From contig CAZJBV010000001.1 in NCBI GenBank assembly GCA_964544585.1, positions 119,717 to 183,716 of the forward strand: DNA of 64,000 bases, in the 5' to 3' direction. Under the pieces are notes generated by a model. The model was not told the origin of the DNA. It saw nothing but the letters and a program-made list of their open reading frames with translations, and ran no database searches. Below are positions 29,892-39,077 of this stretch, in pieces. Each line of letters opens with the position of its first letter. The first letter of the stretch is position 1. The DNA comes from an uncultured Gammaproteobacteria bacterium (lineage in GTDB: Bacteria; Patescibacteriota; Microgenomatia; 2-02-FULL-39-11). Position numbers and translations under genes: made by a program.

Positions 29892-31091
29892 GATATACTC
29901 ATTATACTTTTCTAATGCTAGGCCAAGAAGTTTTATAGCTCGTTTGAGTTTTTTTTCTTCCAAGACATAGGCGATGCGGATCTCCTGACGGCCTAAACCA
30001 GGGGTGGCATAAAATCCACCTGCTGGAGAAATCATGACCGTTTCTTTGTTGTGAGAGAAATCGGTAAGGAGAAAGCGGGCAAAATCATCGGAATTGTCAA
30101 CCGGGATTTCGACGATTATATAAAAGGCTCCAAATGAAGGAATGAATTTGGCTCCGTCTATTTTTCGCAATTCTTTAATTACCACATTTCTTCTACTAGC
30201 ATAGATTCTCCGTACCTTTTCGACATATTTTTGGTGATTTTTGAGTAAATTTATGACTGCAAGCTGTTCGACCGTGGCAACGGAGAGTCTGCCCTGGGCA
30301 AAGCGAAGTATACTACTCATTACTTCTTTGTTTTTGCTGACCACACAACCAATACGAGCTCCACAGGCATTGAACCTTTTGGAGACACTATCGACTATAA
30401 TGAGGCGGTCTTTCAATTGGTTAAATCTGGTGAGAGGGAAAACTTTTTGGCCCTCAAAAACTATCTCCTGATATGTCTCGTCGGAAATAATAAAGAGATT
30501 GTGCGTAACTGCAACCTCTGCTATCATTTCGATTTCCTTTTTGGTGTATACCGTTCCGGTGGGATTGTTGGGGTTGCAAATTATTATTCCTTTGGTTTTC
30601 TGGTTAATTGCCTTTTGGATTGTTTGCCTGTCAGGAAGGTGAAAACCCTCCTTTATGTGTGTCGTGACGGGTTTTAAATTGATGTTGCCCATTCCTGCAG
30701 AGATGGCATAGCTGGTATAAAATGGTTCAAAAACTAACAATTCGTCACCGGGATCTGCCACGGCAAAAAAGGCAAACATCAGTCCCTCCCCTCCTCCCGA
30801 AGTAACAATAATGTCTTCGGGTGCATAGTCGAAACCTTTATTCTGATAAAAGGTGCTCCATGCCAATCTTGTCTCTGGCATGCCGGTGGAGGGGGCATAT
30901 TCCAGAATTTTTCTTTTTAAGTGGCGAAATTCCCGCAGAATTTCGTCGGGAGTGGGAATATCGGGTTGTCCGATATTGACATGGTAAACTTTTATGCCTT
31001 TTTCTTTAGCAATATCTGCTAGTGGCACAAGTTTTCTGACTGCTGAGGCAGGTGTATTTATGGCGCGCTTTGAGACAGATAAGTTGGTCAT
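29868..31091 (-). CDS. aspC: Aspartate aminotransferase (class I/II PLP enzyme)
   Basis: NIGQPD, NPNNPTG, DETY, SVSK...GARIG; lies between ppcA and aspS. Confidence 0.82.
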   Translation of the reverse strand: MTNLSVSKRAINTPASAVRKLVPLADIAKEKGIKVYHVNIGQPDIPTPDEILREFRHLKRKILEYAPSTGMPETRLAWSTFYQNKGFDYAPEDIIVTSGGGEGLMFAFFAVADPGDELLVFEPFYTSYAISAGMGNINLKPVTTHIKEGFHLPDRQTIQKAINQKTKGIIICNPNNPTGTVYTKKEIEMIAEVAVTHNLFIISDETYQEIVFEGQKVFPLTRFNQLKDRLIIVDSVSKRFNACGARIGCVVSKNKEVMSSILRFAQGRLSVATVEQLAVINLLKNHQKYVEKVRRIYASRRNVVIKELRKIDGAKFIPSFGAFYIIVEIPVDNSDDFARFLLTDFSHNKETVMISPAGGFYATPGLGRQEIRIAYVLEEKKLKRAIKLLGLALEKYNEYIRVRPSTH

Positions 31092-31092
31092 T

Positions 31093-32592
31093 TTAGCCTA
31101 GACTCCTTCTTAGTTTTCCGGATGCGGTAATTAGGTTGGCAATATTATTTCTTTTTTCTATCCGCTTGTATATTTTATTTGTCAATAATTTGTGTTCATG
31201 ATGGATTGACCTTTTTGGTCCAAGTTCTATATTAAGTGTAGTTTCTATGCCTTCGATGTCTTCTTTTAATTCTTTTTCTAAGCCGATTTTTTGGCCAATT
31301 CTGGCGATATTTTCCTTGTTAAGAAAATAGCCTGCCATTATCATATCATTTTTTAGGTGTATGTAATGCTTTAAGACTATATCCATTAAACCCTTATTTT
31401 TAAGTCTTTTTAGTATCCTGCCAGTGCCGATTAATTCAGGGGGTAAACCTATTGAATAAAGGCTGCCTGTAAAGGGAATTGCGCGGGGAAGTTTTACTTT
31501 TCCTACACCCCGAGAATAACCAAATAGGCCAATATGCTGTAATCTTTCTCTTCTTTTGGGAAATGTTTTACTTATTTTATTGATAAGAGGAGCTAGAAGC
31601 TCGACGGAATTTCGATAGGGCAATTCTGCCTCGGGAATAATTTTTTTAATTATTTCCTTGTCCTTTGGCGAAACTTTTTGTGGGGTTTGGGGCAATACTT
31701 TTTTTAGTCGGGCAACAGCCTTTTTTACACTCTCTTTGGGATAGTCATAGCGGAAGGCGCTTTGAATAGTAAATGTGGCCACGCCTTTGTATTCCGAAAT
31801 TACATTGTCTAAGTTTTCCGGATTCATGCTGCCGCGGAAAGGCAAAGAACCTGTGCCAAGTAGCGGATACAGGGCGACACCTGACTTATCTTGAAATTTT
31901 TGATATTCGGAGAGAGCAACTTTGGCTGCCAAGACCGTGGGGACGATGCCGGAATTTAATGCAGGGTCACTGCGGGCTATGTAAGGACGGATATATTCGG
32001 GATGTCGTCGGAATTTATTTTTATACAATTTAAGGTATCTTCTGAGAATATCAGCTGAATTAATAATGATAGAAACCTGTTCAAATAAGGGGATAACTTC
32101 GAGTTTTTGGATCGAGTGGTCCATTTTTAAAAGAGGGTTTTTAACAGAAACCAGTTCGGCAAAAGCTTCCTGAATATTGAATATATCTTCGGCTGTTTCG
32201 GTCAAGGGTAGGATGGCCTCAAAAATGGGAGGAGAGCTAAATCCTAGACTTTTGGCGTGCTGACTTGAGGTGATGGCCACCATAAAGGCGCGGGCGAGGC
32301 GAAATTGAGATTCGACGCGGGGGTTTGGGATCCGGAATGTAATAAACTTTTCTTTACCGATGGGATGATCTGAAAAATAATTATAGAAATTATGGAGGAG
32401 ACGATCATATACTTCCTCGTCGACAAATTTTCCTTCCCAATCCCAGTTGTATTCGTCGATATCAAATTCTTTGAAGCAGAGAAAACTCTCTTTTAACTCG
32501 GCGAGGGTGGAAACGACGGGCCGCGGATACCAGGAAAGCTTCCGGGCATTGTCCGGATGCTGAGTTGCCATGGAGGTGGGGATAATTCTCAT
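31093..32592 (-). CDS. ppcA: Archaeal-type phosphoenolpyruvate carboxylase
   Basis: MATQHPDN, WDWEGK, IPLFE, ARSDPALN.G, GSLPFRG, TIQSAFRY, LPRAI.F. Confidence 0.95.
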   Translation of the reverse strand: MRIIPTSMATQHPDNARKLSWYPRPVVSTLAELKESFLCFKEFDIDEYNWDWEGKFVDEEVYDRLLHNFYNYFSDHPIGKEKFITFRIPNPRVESQFRLARAFMVAITSSQHAKSLGFSSPPIFEAILPLTETAEDIFNIQEAFAELVSVKNPLLKMDHSIQKLEVIPLFEQVSIIINSADILRRYLKLYKNKFRRHPEYIRPYIARSDPALNSGIVPTVLAAKVALSEYQKFQDKSGVALYPLLGTGSLPFRGSMNPENLDNVISEYKGVATFTIQSAFRYDYPKESVKKAVARLKKVLPQTPQKVSPKDKEIIKKIIPEAELPYRNSVELLAPLINKISKTFPKRRERLQHIGLFGYSRGVGKVKLPRAIPFTGSLYSIGLPPELIGTGRILKRLKNKGLMDIVLKHYIHLKNDMIMAGYFLNKENIARIGQKIGLEKELKEDIEGIETTLNIELGPKRSIHHEHKLLTNKIYKRIEKRNNIANLITASGKLRRSLG

Positions 32593-32606
32593 AGTAATCT
32601 AGCCAT

Positions 32607-32675
32607 AATCCCGTACAAAGCTTACTTGCTCGCATGGTTTACATCCATGCCTCGCGAGGGCGCTTATACGGGATT
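32607..32675 (-). repeat. Structured repeat CCCGTATA...TGTACGGG, copy 2
   Basis: Homologous to 5595-5658. Confidence 0.75.
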
Positions 32676-32724
32676 GATCGGCTGGTAAACTCTCCGCTAG
32701 ATGGCGGATCGTTAACCAGCCATC

Positions 32725-32750
32725 AAAAAATCACCTTTCTGAAGGGTGAT
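32725..32750 (-). terminator. T-box intrinsic terminator
   Basis: ATCACC-CTTCAGAAA-GGTGAT followed by a T run; overlaps the antiterminator 3' strand. Confidence 0.75.
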
Positions 32751-32957
32751 ATAAATCACGGTGCCACCTTGCTTTTCCGCCAGAAATGGGCGGACTTATT
32801 TATTGCTATTACGGGCTTGCCCGGCAAGGTCTACTTATAAAGATATGAGGATAAATGATAAACGATATGAAGAAAATTATTTCTTATCTTTTATCTTGTA
32901 TCTCTTATCTTATATTTTCTTCTTGCGGCTCGGGTGTGTCTGGCACCGTCATCGCCT
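32725..32957 (-). ncRNA. T-box riboswitch (Asp specifier, ultrashort Stem I)
   Basis: GGC-GATGA-CGGTG-CCAGACA-CACCCG-A-GCC Stem I; Stem II with GAA/AGTA; CCGTAA; Stem III; AAGG-TGGCACC-GTGAT..ATCAC-CCTT antiterminator. Confidence 0.85.
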
Positions 32958-34598
32958 TTATTCATTTGGGATATTAACATCTTTTATATTTAATTGCAAA
33001 CTGGTTTTTCCATTCCAATGATTTTCTTCCAGGGAATAAGCGATATCCATATTTTTTTTCAATTGTTTAAATCTGTCTCCTAGGCCAAAGCCTATACCAT
33101 CAATAATGTCATTTTTGTTGGCGAATTGAACTTTTAAATGTTGTCCATAACTCCCTACTTTTTTGGCATTGATGATAGTTACCCTTTCTGTGGCAAAGAC
33201 TGGTTCGGGATTTCCTATACCGTAGGGAGATAATTTACTAACTACCGTTAACAAATCTTTGCCTATAAGGTCAAAAATGAGCGGACAGTCGATAGAAAGG
33301 GATTTTATCAGAAGATTTGGGTCGATTGTTGACTCTGCTATTTGATAAAGTCTTTTGATTAGAGAGGGGATTTTGTTTTTCTCGACCGTGAATCCGCCTG
33401 CCATCGGATGTCCGCCGACATTCTCTAAAAGATTGTCTATCGACCTTACCATTTCGGTAATATTTACTCCGGGAATAGACCTCATTGAAGCTTTTGCCAG
33501 AGGCCCAGTTTCGGAAATGACTATGGCCGGTTTATAAAAAATTTCGGCGAGTTTTCCGGCAACAAGCCCAATGATGCCTGGATTGTATTGTCCACTAATG
33601 GCAATAATTTTTTCATTATTTGCGGAATTTTTATATTGGTCTATTGCCTCTTTTAGAGCTATCTCTGAGGCTTGTTGGCGCGATTTATTTGTTTGATTTA
33701 AGAGAAAAGCCAATTTTTCGGCACGATCAATATCTTTGGTACACATGAGGCGGAGTGAGTCGAGGGCATGAGCAATTCTGCCCATGGCATTTATTCTCGG
33801 GCCGAGAATAAAGCCTATATCAAAGACGCCAATTTTTTCCTTTTTAATTCCTGCCTGTTTGATGAGGGCATTGAGGCCTATTCTTTTGGTTTTTCTTAGT
33901 TCATCCAGTCCATGCACGACTAGCGATCTGCCTACTCCCTGAAGGGGCATGCAGTCGGAAACTGTAGCAAGGGCACAGAGATCTAGGTTGGCGGCGCTTT
34001 CTGGCTTTTTTATTTTAGTTAGGTTATTTATTACATACCAGGCAATTGAGGTGGCGCAAATTTTGGTGGTATGAACGATTTTGGCGTCTATAATATTGCC
34101 TTTGGTATGGTGGTCAAGGACGATGGTTTCTATCCCGCAATCTTTTGCATACTGGATTTGTGATTGGGCAGATATGCCATTGTCAATGGTGATAATAAGA
34201 GATGGATTATATGCTTTTTTAATATTATCGATGCCTATTTTGCCTAGACCATATCCTTCTTTTTTCCTTTCTGGGACGTAGGGCATGACTTTGAGGCCAT
34301 ACTCGTATAGACCCTCCCAAAGGATGGTACCGCCTAAGATTCCGTCTACATCATAATCTGTGTAGATGACGATAGATTCTTTGTCTCTTTTTGCTTTATT
34401 TATTCTTTCTAAAACAATTTTGAGGTCTTTTTTATCTATATTGAGATCTTTTAGTGAAATGTCGGCAGGGTGAGACGGGTTCTGGAAAAATTTTTTTGCA
34501 TCTTCTGTTGCAAGTCCTCTATTTTGATAGAGAGTATTTTCTATGTCTTTAATACTTTTATGAACAGTACTGGAAATTTTTTTCCAAACTTGAGCCAT
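32958..34598 (-). CDS. recJ: ssDNA exonuclease RecJ
   Basis: DYDVDG, EGYG, DNG, DHH, PRINAMGR, GGH; start MAQVWK. Confidence 0.95.
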   Translation of the reverse strand: MAQVWKKISSTVHKSIKDIENTLYQNRGLATEDAKKFFQNPSHPADISLKDLNIDKKDLKIVLERINKAKRDKESIVIYTDYDVDGILGGTILWEGLYEYGLKVMPYVPERKKEGYGLGKIGIDNIKKAYNPSLIITIDNGISAQSQIQYAKDCGIETIVLDHHTKGNIIDAKIVHTTKICATSIAWYVINNLTKIKKPESAANLDLCALATVSDCMPLQGVGRSLVVHGLDELRKTKRIGLNALIKQAGIKKEKIGVFDIGFILGPRINAMGRIAHALDSLRLMCTKDIDRAEKLAFLLNQTNKSRQQASEIALKEAIDQYKNSANNEKIIAISGQYNPGIIGLVAGKLAEIFYKPAIVISETGPLAKASMRSIPGVNITEMVRSIDNLLENVGGHPMAGGFTVEKNKIPSLIKRLYQIAESTIDPNLLIKSLSIDCPLIFDLIGKDLLTVVSKLSPYGIGNPEPVFATERVTIINAKKVGSYGQHLKVQFANKNDIIDGIGFGLGDRFKQLKKNMDIAYSLEENHWNGKTSLQLNIKDVNIPNE

Positions 34599-34620
34599 CT
34601 GTGATGATATAATAACACTT

Positions 34621-35994
34621 ATGAAATATGCTCTTCCAGAAGAAGTTGGGAAAACTTTGCAGAAATTGCGAAATGCAGGGTTTGAGGCGTATGCGGTCGG
34701 AGGATGTGTGCGCGATCTTTTGTTGGAAAAGGAAACAAAGGATTGGGATTTTACCACCAATGCAACTCCGGAACAGATACTCTCACTTTTTCCAGATGGC
34801 TTTTATGATAATAAATTCGGAACGGTAGGAGTGCCGATAGAGTTAAAAGTTAAAAGTGAAAAGTTAAAAGTTGTTTATGAAATCACAACATACAGGATGG
34901 AGCATGGATATTCTGATCACAGGAGACCCGATAAAGTGGTGTGGGGAACTAGCCTCTCCGATGATCTCTCTAGGCGCGATTTTACAATCAATGCCATGGC
35001 TTATGACGGAAAAAAATTTTTTGATCCGTTTGAGGGAAAAAAAGATTTGGAGAAAAAATTAGTCCGGGCAGTAAGAAATCCAGAAGAACGATTTGCCGAG
35101 GATGCGCTCAGGATGATGAGGGCGGTAAGATTTGCTAGTGAATTGAGATTTACTATCGAGGAAAAAACATTTGCGGCCATACAAAAACATGTAAAACTCA
35201 TTAGTCATGTCTCTCATGAAAGAATAAGAGAAGAACTCGTGAGGATACTTTCATCATACTCCCCTGCTGACGGAATACTTCTTCTGAGAAATGGCGGACT
35301 TTTGGAAGTTATTCTTCCTGAAGTGGAAAGATGTTTCGGCGTCGAACAAAAAAGTCCCAAACGCCACCATATTTATGATGTAGGGACACACCTCGTTGAA
35401 TCATTGAGACATTGTCCTTCTCACGATCCTATCGTCAGGCTGGCGACGCTGCTTCATGACACGGGAAAAGCAGAAACGTACGCAAAAACAGATGAGGGAG
35501 TGATTACTTTTTATAATCATGAAATATTAGGAGGATCGATAGTCTTCAATATAGCCGAACGATTGAGGTTTTCTAAAAAGGAGAGAGAAAAGTTGGTAAC
35601 TCTGGTGAGATGTCATCAATTTACTGTTGATGAGAGACAGACTGATAAGGCTATACGTAGATTTATTAGAAATGTTGGCAGCGAAAATTTAGATGATATG
35701 CTTGCAGTTCGTATTGGAGACAGACTGGGAGGAGGAGCGACGGAAACTTCGTGGAGGCTGGAACTGTTTAAGAAGCGGCTGGTGGATGTACAAAAGCAAC
35801 CTTTTACTGTGGCAGACCTCAAAGCAGATGGAAATGATGTGATGAAAATCTATGGAATAGGATCTGGACCGTTGGTTGGGGTAGCACTCGATATGCTTTT
35901 TAATGATGTAGTTGAAGGAAAAATCAAAAACGAGCGCGAAGCACTTTTGCAAAGAATTGAGGATTTGAAGAAGGAAAGTAAGATAGGAAAGTAA
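34621..35994 (+). CDS. cca: tRNA nucleotidyltransferase / poly(A) polymerase family with HD domain
   Basis: VGGCVRD, DWD, RRDFTINA, EDALRM, LLHD. Confidence 0.9.
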   Translation: MKYALPEEVGKTLQKLRNAGFEAYAVGGCVRDLLLEKETKDWDFTTNATPEQILSLFPDGFYDNKFGTVGVPIELKVKSEKLKVVYEITTYRMEHGYSDHRRPDKVVWGTSLSDDLSRRDFTINAMAYDGKKFFDPFEGKKDLEKKLVRAVRNPEERFAEDALRMMRAVRFASELRFTIEEKTFAAIQKHVKLISHVSHERIREELVRILSSYSPADGILLLRNGGLLEVILPEVERCFGVEQKSPKRHHIYDVGTHLVESLRHCPSHDPIVRLATLLHDTGKAETYAKTDEGVITFYNHEILGGSIVFNIAERLRFSKKEREKLVTLVRCHQFTVDERQTDKAIRRFIRNVGSENLDDMLAVRIGDRLGGGATETSWRLELFKKRLVDVQKQPFTVADLKADGNDVMKIYGIGSGPLVGVALDMLFNDVVEGKIKNEREALLQRIEDLKKESKIGK

Positions 35995-36882
35995 TCATTT
36001 TTTCTTTTTCCATTCTTCCCAAATGACTAAGAGTGGGGCGGCGTTGAAGATGGAGGAATAGGTTCCGGAGATGATACCTATAAGAAGGGCTACGATAAAC
36101 CATTTTATAGATTCTCCACCAAAAAGAAGAAGGGCTGTCAGTGTAAATAAAACGGTGAGGGAGGTAGAAAGGGAACGGGCTAGTGTTTGGAGGATTGCCT
36201 CGTTGACAATGTCTGAAAATGACTTGCCGGCCATTTTGATGAGATTTTCTCTGATTCGGTCAAAGACGACGATCGTATCATGGACTGAGAAGCCCATGAT
36301 GGTAAGGAGGGCTGTTATAAAAAGGCTGTCAATTTCCACACCTCCGAAATGTCCAAATATAGAAAATACTCCTACAACTACTAATATATCGTGAATAAGG
36401 GCGGCAACTGCACAAATGCCAAATTTCCATGAGGAATATCCTTTGGGAATTTTTCTAAATGCCAGAGTTATATATCCAATGATGGCGATTGAGGCTATTA
36501 TAACTCCCTGGATGGCCTTTTCTGTAGTCTCGCGTCCAATGGTCGGCCCGATCGTCTCAAAACGAAGTTCCTCGATATTTTGATATTTTTTAGTTATTGA
36601 TTTCTGAAACGATTTATTTGTTTTTTGATCTATCGGATCTGTTCTTATCAAGAAAGTTCCCTTTTGTGTCTCTTGGATACTAACAACTTTTAATTTTGCC
36701 TTTTGGGCAAGATTTTTAAGATCATTAGGTTTTGCCTTTTCTACTTTTAGTTCGATGAGACTTCCGCCGGTAAAATCCTGGGAGAGATTTAATCCCCAAA
36801 GAGAGAGAGCTATTAAACCAGGAATAATCGTCAATCCCGAGATTAGAAAGAATAACCACTTTTTGTCGATAATGTTTATCAT
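35995..36882 (-). CDS. secF: Protein translocase subunit SecF
   Basis: DFTGG, GPTIG, HD, DTIVVFDRIRE, GTYSSIF. Confidence 0.96.
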   Translation of the reverse strand: MINIIDKKWLFFLISGLTIIPGLIALSLWGLNLSQDFTGGSLIELKVEKAKPNDLKNLAQKAKLKVVSIQETQKGTFLIRTDPIDQKTNKSFQKSITKKYQNIEELRFETIGPTIGRETTEKAIQGVIIASIAIIGYITLAFRKIPKGYSSWKFGICAVAALIHDILVVVGVFSIFGHFGGVEIDSLFITALLTIMGFSVHDTIVVFDRIRENLIKMAGKSFSDIVNEAILQTLARSLSTSLTVLFTLTALLLFGGESIKWFIVALLIGIISGTYSSIFNAAPLLVIWEEWKKKK

Positions 36883-36886
36883 TTAA

Positions 36887-38188
36887 TTATTTATATAAAT
36901 ATCTTAAAAATGTCCTGGTGACGGTGATGGCGCTAAAAAGTGAAACCATGATGCCGATTGCCAGGGTTATGGCAAAACCCCTGACGATACCTGTACCAAA
37001 CCAATATAAAATCGCACAGGTTATGAGGGAAGAAATATTGGAATCCCTGATTGAGGGAAAGGCGCGCTCAAAACCTAATTTGAGGGCTGTCTCTTTATTT
37101 TTTCCCCAACGAATTTCTTCTTTCATTCTTTCGAAAATGAGAATATTGGCATCAACGGCCATACCTATTGATAGAATAAATCCAGCGATGCCAGCAAGGG
37201 TAAGGGTGATGGGAACGAGGCGGAAAATGGCAAAGGTAATGAGGGTATAGACAATAAGAGCAAGGGTAGCGGCAAGGCCTAATCTTCGATACATAAAAAG
37301 CATAAAGGCTACAATGGAAGACCCACCAATTATACCTGCAATAATACTCTTTTGAATCGACTCTTGACCCAGAGTAGCTCCGATACTTGTTTGACTGATA
37401 ACCTTTATGGGTACGGGGAGAGCTCCGGCGTTGAGGGCAATTGAAAGATTTTTTGCTTCGGCAGATGTGAAATTACCTCTAATAATGGCATTGCCGCCAA
37501 TAATTTTTTCATCTACAGACGGCGCGGAAATTAACTGATTATCCAAAAAAATGGCGATGGTTTTGCCGACATTTTTTTCCGTCAATTCTTCAAATAATTT
37601 TGAGCCCTCTTTATCAAATTCGAGGGTGACGACGGGATTTCCCGAAGTTGTGTCGATTGTGACTTGGGATTTTCTCAGATTTTTTCCAGATAGTTTGGTA
37701 GGTACTGTCCAGACATTGGTAAAAGCTGAGGTGGTGGCAATTTCGGCTGCATTGGTAGCTTCCTCCCAAAAGCGAAGTTCTGCTGTTTGGCCGATGAGAT
37801 CGACTGCTTGTCCGGTATCCTTGACACCTGGTAATTCGACGATAATTCTATACGAATTTCCTACTTTTGCGGACTGGACGATGGGTTCGGTCAAGCCGTA
37901 GAGATTGACGCGTCTTTCGATCACTTCTTTGGCACTTACGAGAGCATCATCGCGATCTGATGGATTAATATCTTTCATGTCTGTTTCTAAAACCAAGTGT
38001 GTACCACCGGATAAATCGAGTCCGTAGTGAGTGCTTATCTCTTTTTTAAAAGTAAAAGGGCCAATTGAAAAATCTATATTGGGGGAATTTAGGGTGTAGT
38101 TAAAGAGAGTTAAATTGTTGGGAATATCAATAATGGCGGCCAAAACTGTCAAGAAAAGGATGATCCAAATAATATATCTCGTTAGCAT
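36887..38188 (-). CDS. secD: Protein translocase subunit SecD
   Basis: GLDLSGG, VELPG, GALP, GMAVDANILIFER. Confidence 0.96.
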   Translation of the reverse strand: MLTRYIIWIILFLTVLAAIIDIPNNLTLFNYTLNSPNIDFSIGPFTFKKEISTHYGLDLSGGTHLVLETDMKDINPSDRDDALVSAKEVIERRVNLYGLTEPIVQSAKVGNSYRIIVELPGVKDTGQAVDLIGQTAELRFWEEATNAAEIATTSAFTNVWTVPTKLSGKNLRKSQVTIDTTSGNPVVTLEFDKEGSKLFEELTEKNVGKTIAIFLDNQLISAPSVDEKIIGGNAIIRGNFTSAEAKNLSIALNAGALPVPIKVISQTSIGATLGQESIQKSIIAGIIGGSSIVAFMLFMYRRLGLAATLALIVYTLITFAIFRLVPITLTLAGIAGFILSIGMAVDANILIFERMKEEIRWGKNKETALKLGFERAFPSIRDSNISSLITCAILYWFGTGIVRGFAITLAIGIMVSLFSAITVTRTFLRYLYK

Positions 38189-38192
38189 GTTT

Positions 38193-38384
38193 TTAGGACA
38201 ATTGTTTTTTTGTCAGTGTGAGAGGTAATTGAAGGGTGCCTTGGAATGTTAATGTAATACGACCTTTTTCTGGTTTGGCAAAAAGATTAACTTTGTCTCC
38301 AGCTTTTATCCCCATAACTCTGGTCACCCGGGATGGTATTACCACAGCCAGACTATGCCCTGCTCTTATAATTTTTTGCGTCAT
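38193..38384 (-). CDS. AbrB/MazE/SpoVT-family DNA-binding protein
   Basis: KII..GHSL.V.IP......GI..GD. Confidence 0.8.
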   Translation of the reverse strand: MTQKIIRAGHSLAVVIPSRVTRVMGIKAGDKVNLFAKPEKGRITLTFQGTLQLPLTLTKKQLS

Positions 38385-38467
38385 AAATTTATAAGGGTAT
38401 AGTTTGTAAGGGTATAGCGTCTAGTTTTTTATAACTATACCCTAAACGCTAATTTCTATACCCTTTT

Positions 38468-39043
38468 TTAGTGAATCAGTTCTTCTTCATCGCCTACAAT
38501 CATGAGTTTGGAACTGTTTAGTATACCCAAGATAAAAGGATCTTTTCTTTTTTTTCTAAACTCAAATTCGTCTTCGGTCATAACTGTATAGTTTATTTCT
38601 CCATTTCGCCTTCCCTCTTCGTGTCTGATCAATTGGGCTAATTCGGGGATGACTGCCTTTCCTACGACTAAAAGATCTACTTCATTTTGGGTCCGGGGTA
38701 AATTTCTGATAAATTTTCCTGAGAGACAGACGTATTTTAGTCTTCCTATCTTTACCCTATTTTTGAGAATACCTCCTCCAAGACCAGTCGTTTTGGCAGT
38801 GAGATAAAGCAGGTCAAAATGGAGGGGATAATCGCGGCGGAGGATATAAAATAGCCTATTGGCACGCCTGTCCTTTTGGAGGATACCTGCCTTTTCCAGA
38901 TGGAGAAGTTCACGTCTGACGGCATTTATTTCTTCGTCTACCCGTCTAACAATTTCTCGAACATGATACATTTGTCCAATATTTTGGAAAAAAAGCTGGA
39001 GTATTTTCACCCGGACTCTTGAGATAATTAGATCTTCTAACAT
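38468..39043 (-). CDS. Winged-HTH regulator with nucleotidyltransferase-like C-domain
   Basis: SRVRVKIL..F, VREI.R, AVRREL; VDLLVVG, INY.V. Confidence 0.75.
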   Translation of the reverse strand: MLEDLIISRVRVKILQLFFQNIGQMYHVREIVRRVDEEINAVRRELLHLEKAGILQKDRRANRLFYILRRDYPLHFDLLYLTAKTTGLGGGILKNRVKIGRLKYVCLSGKFIRNLPRTQNEVDLLVVGKAVIPELAQLIRHEEGRRNGEINYTVMTEDEFEFRKKRKDPFILGILNSSKLMIVGDEEELIH

Positions 39044-39077
39044 GATCCTCCTCCGGGCAGTCCCGATTAAATCGGGA

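Noticed and set aside
32943-32957. Fluoride riboswitch (GGCGATG start)
   Set aside because: The remaining consensus is absent; the T-box model explains the whole region.
32634-33021. Two short + strand ORFs
   Set aside because: They are antisense to the T-box leader and repeats.
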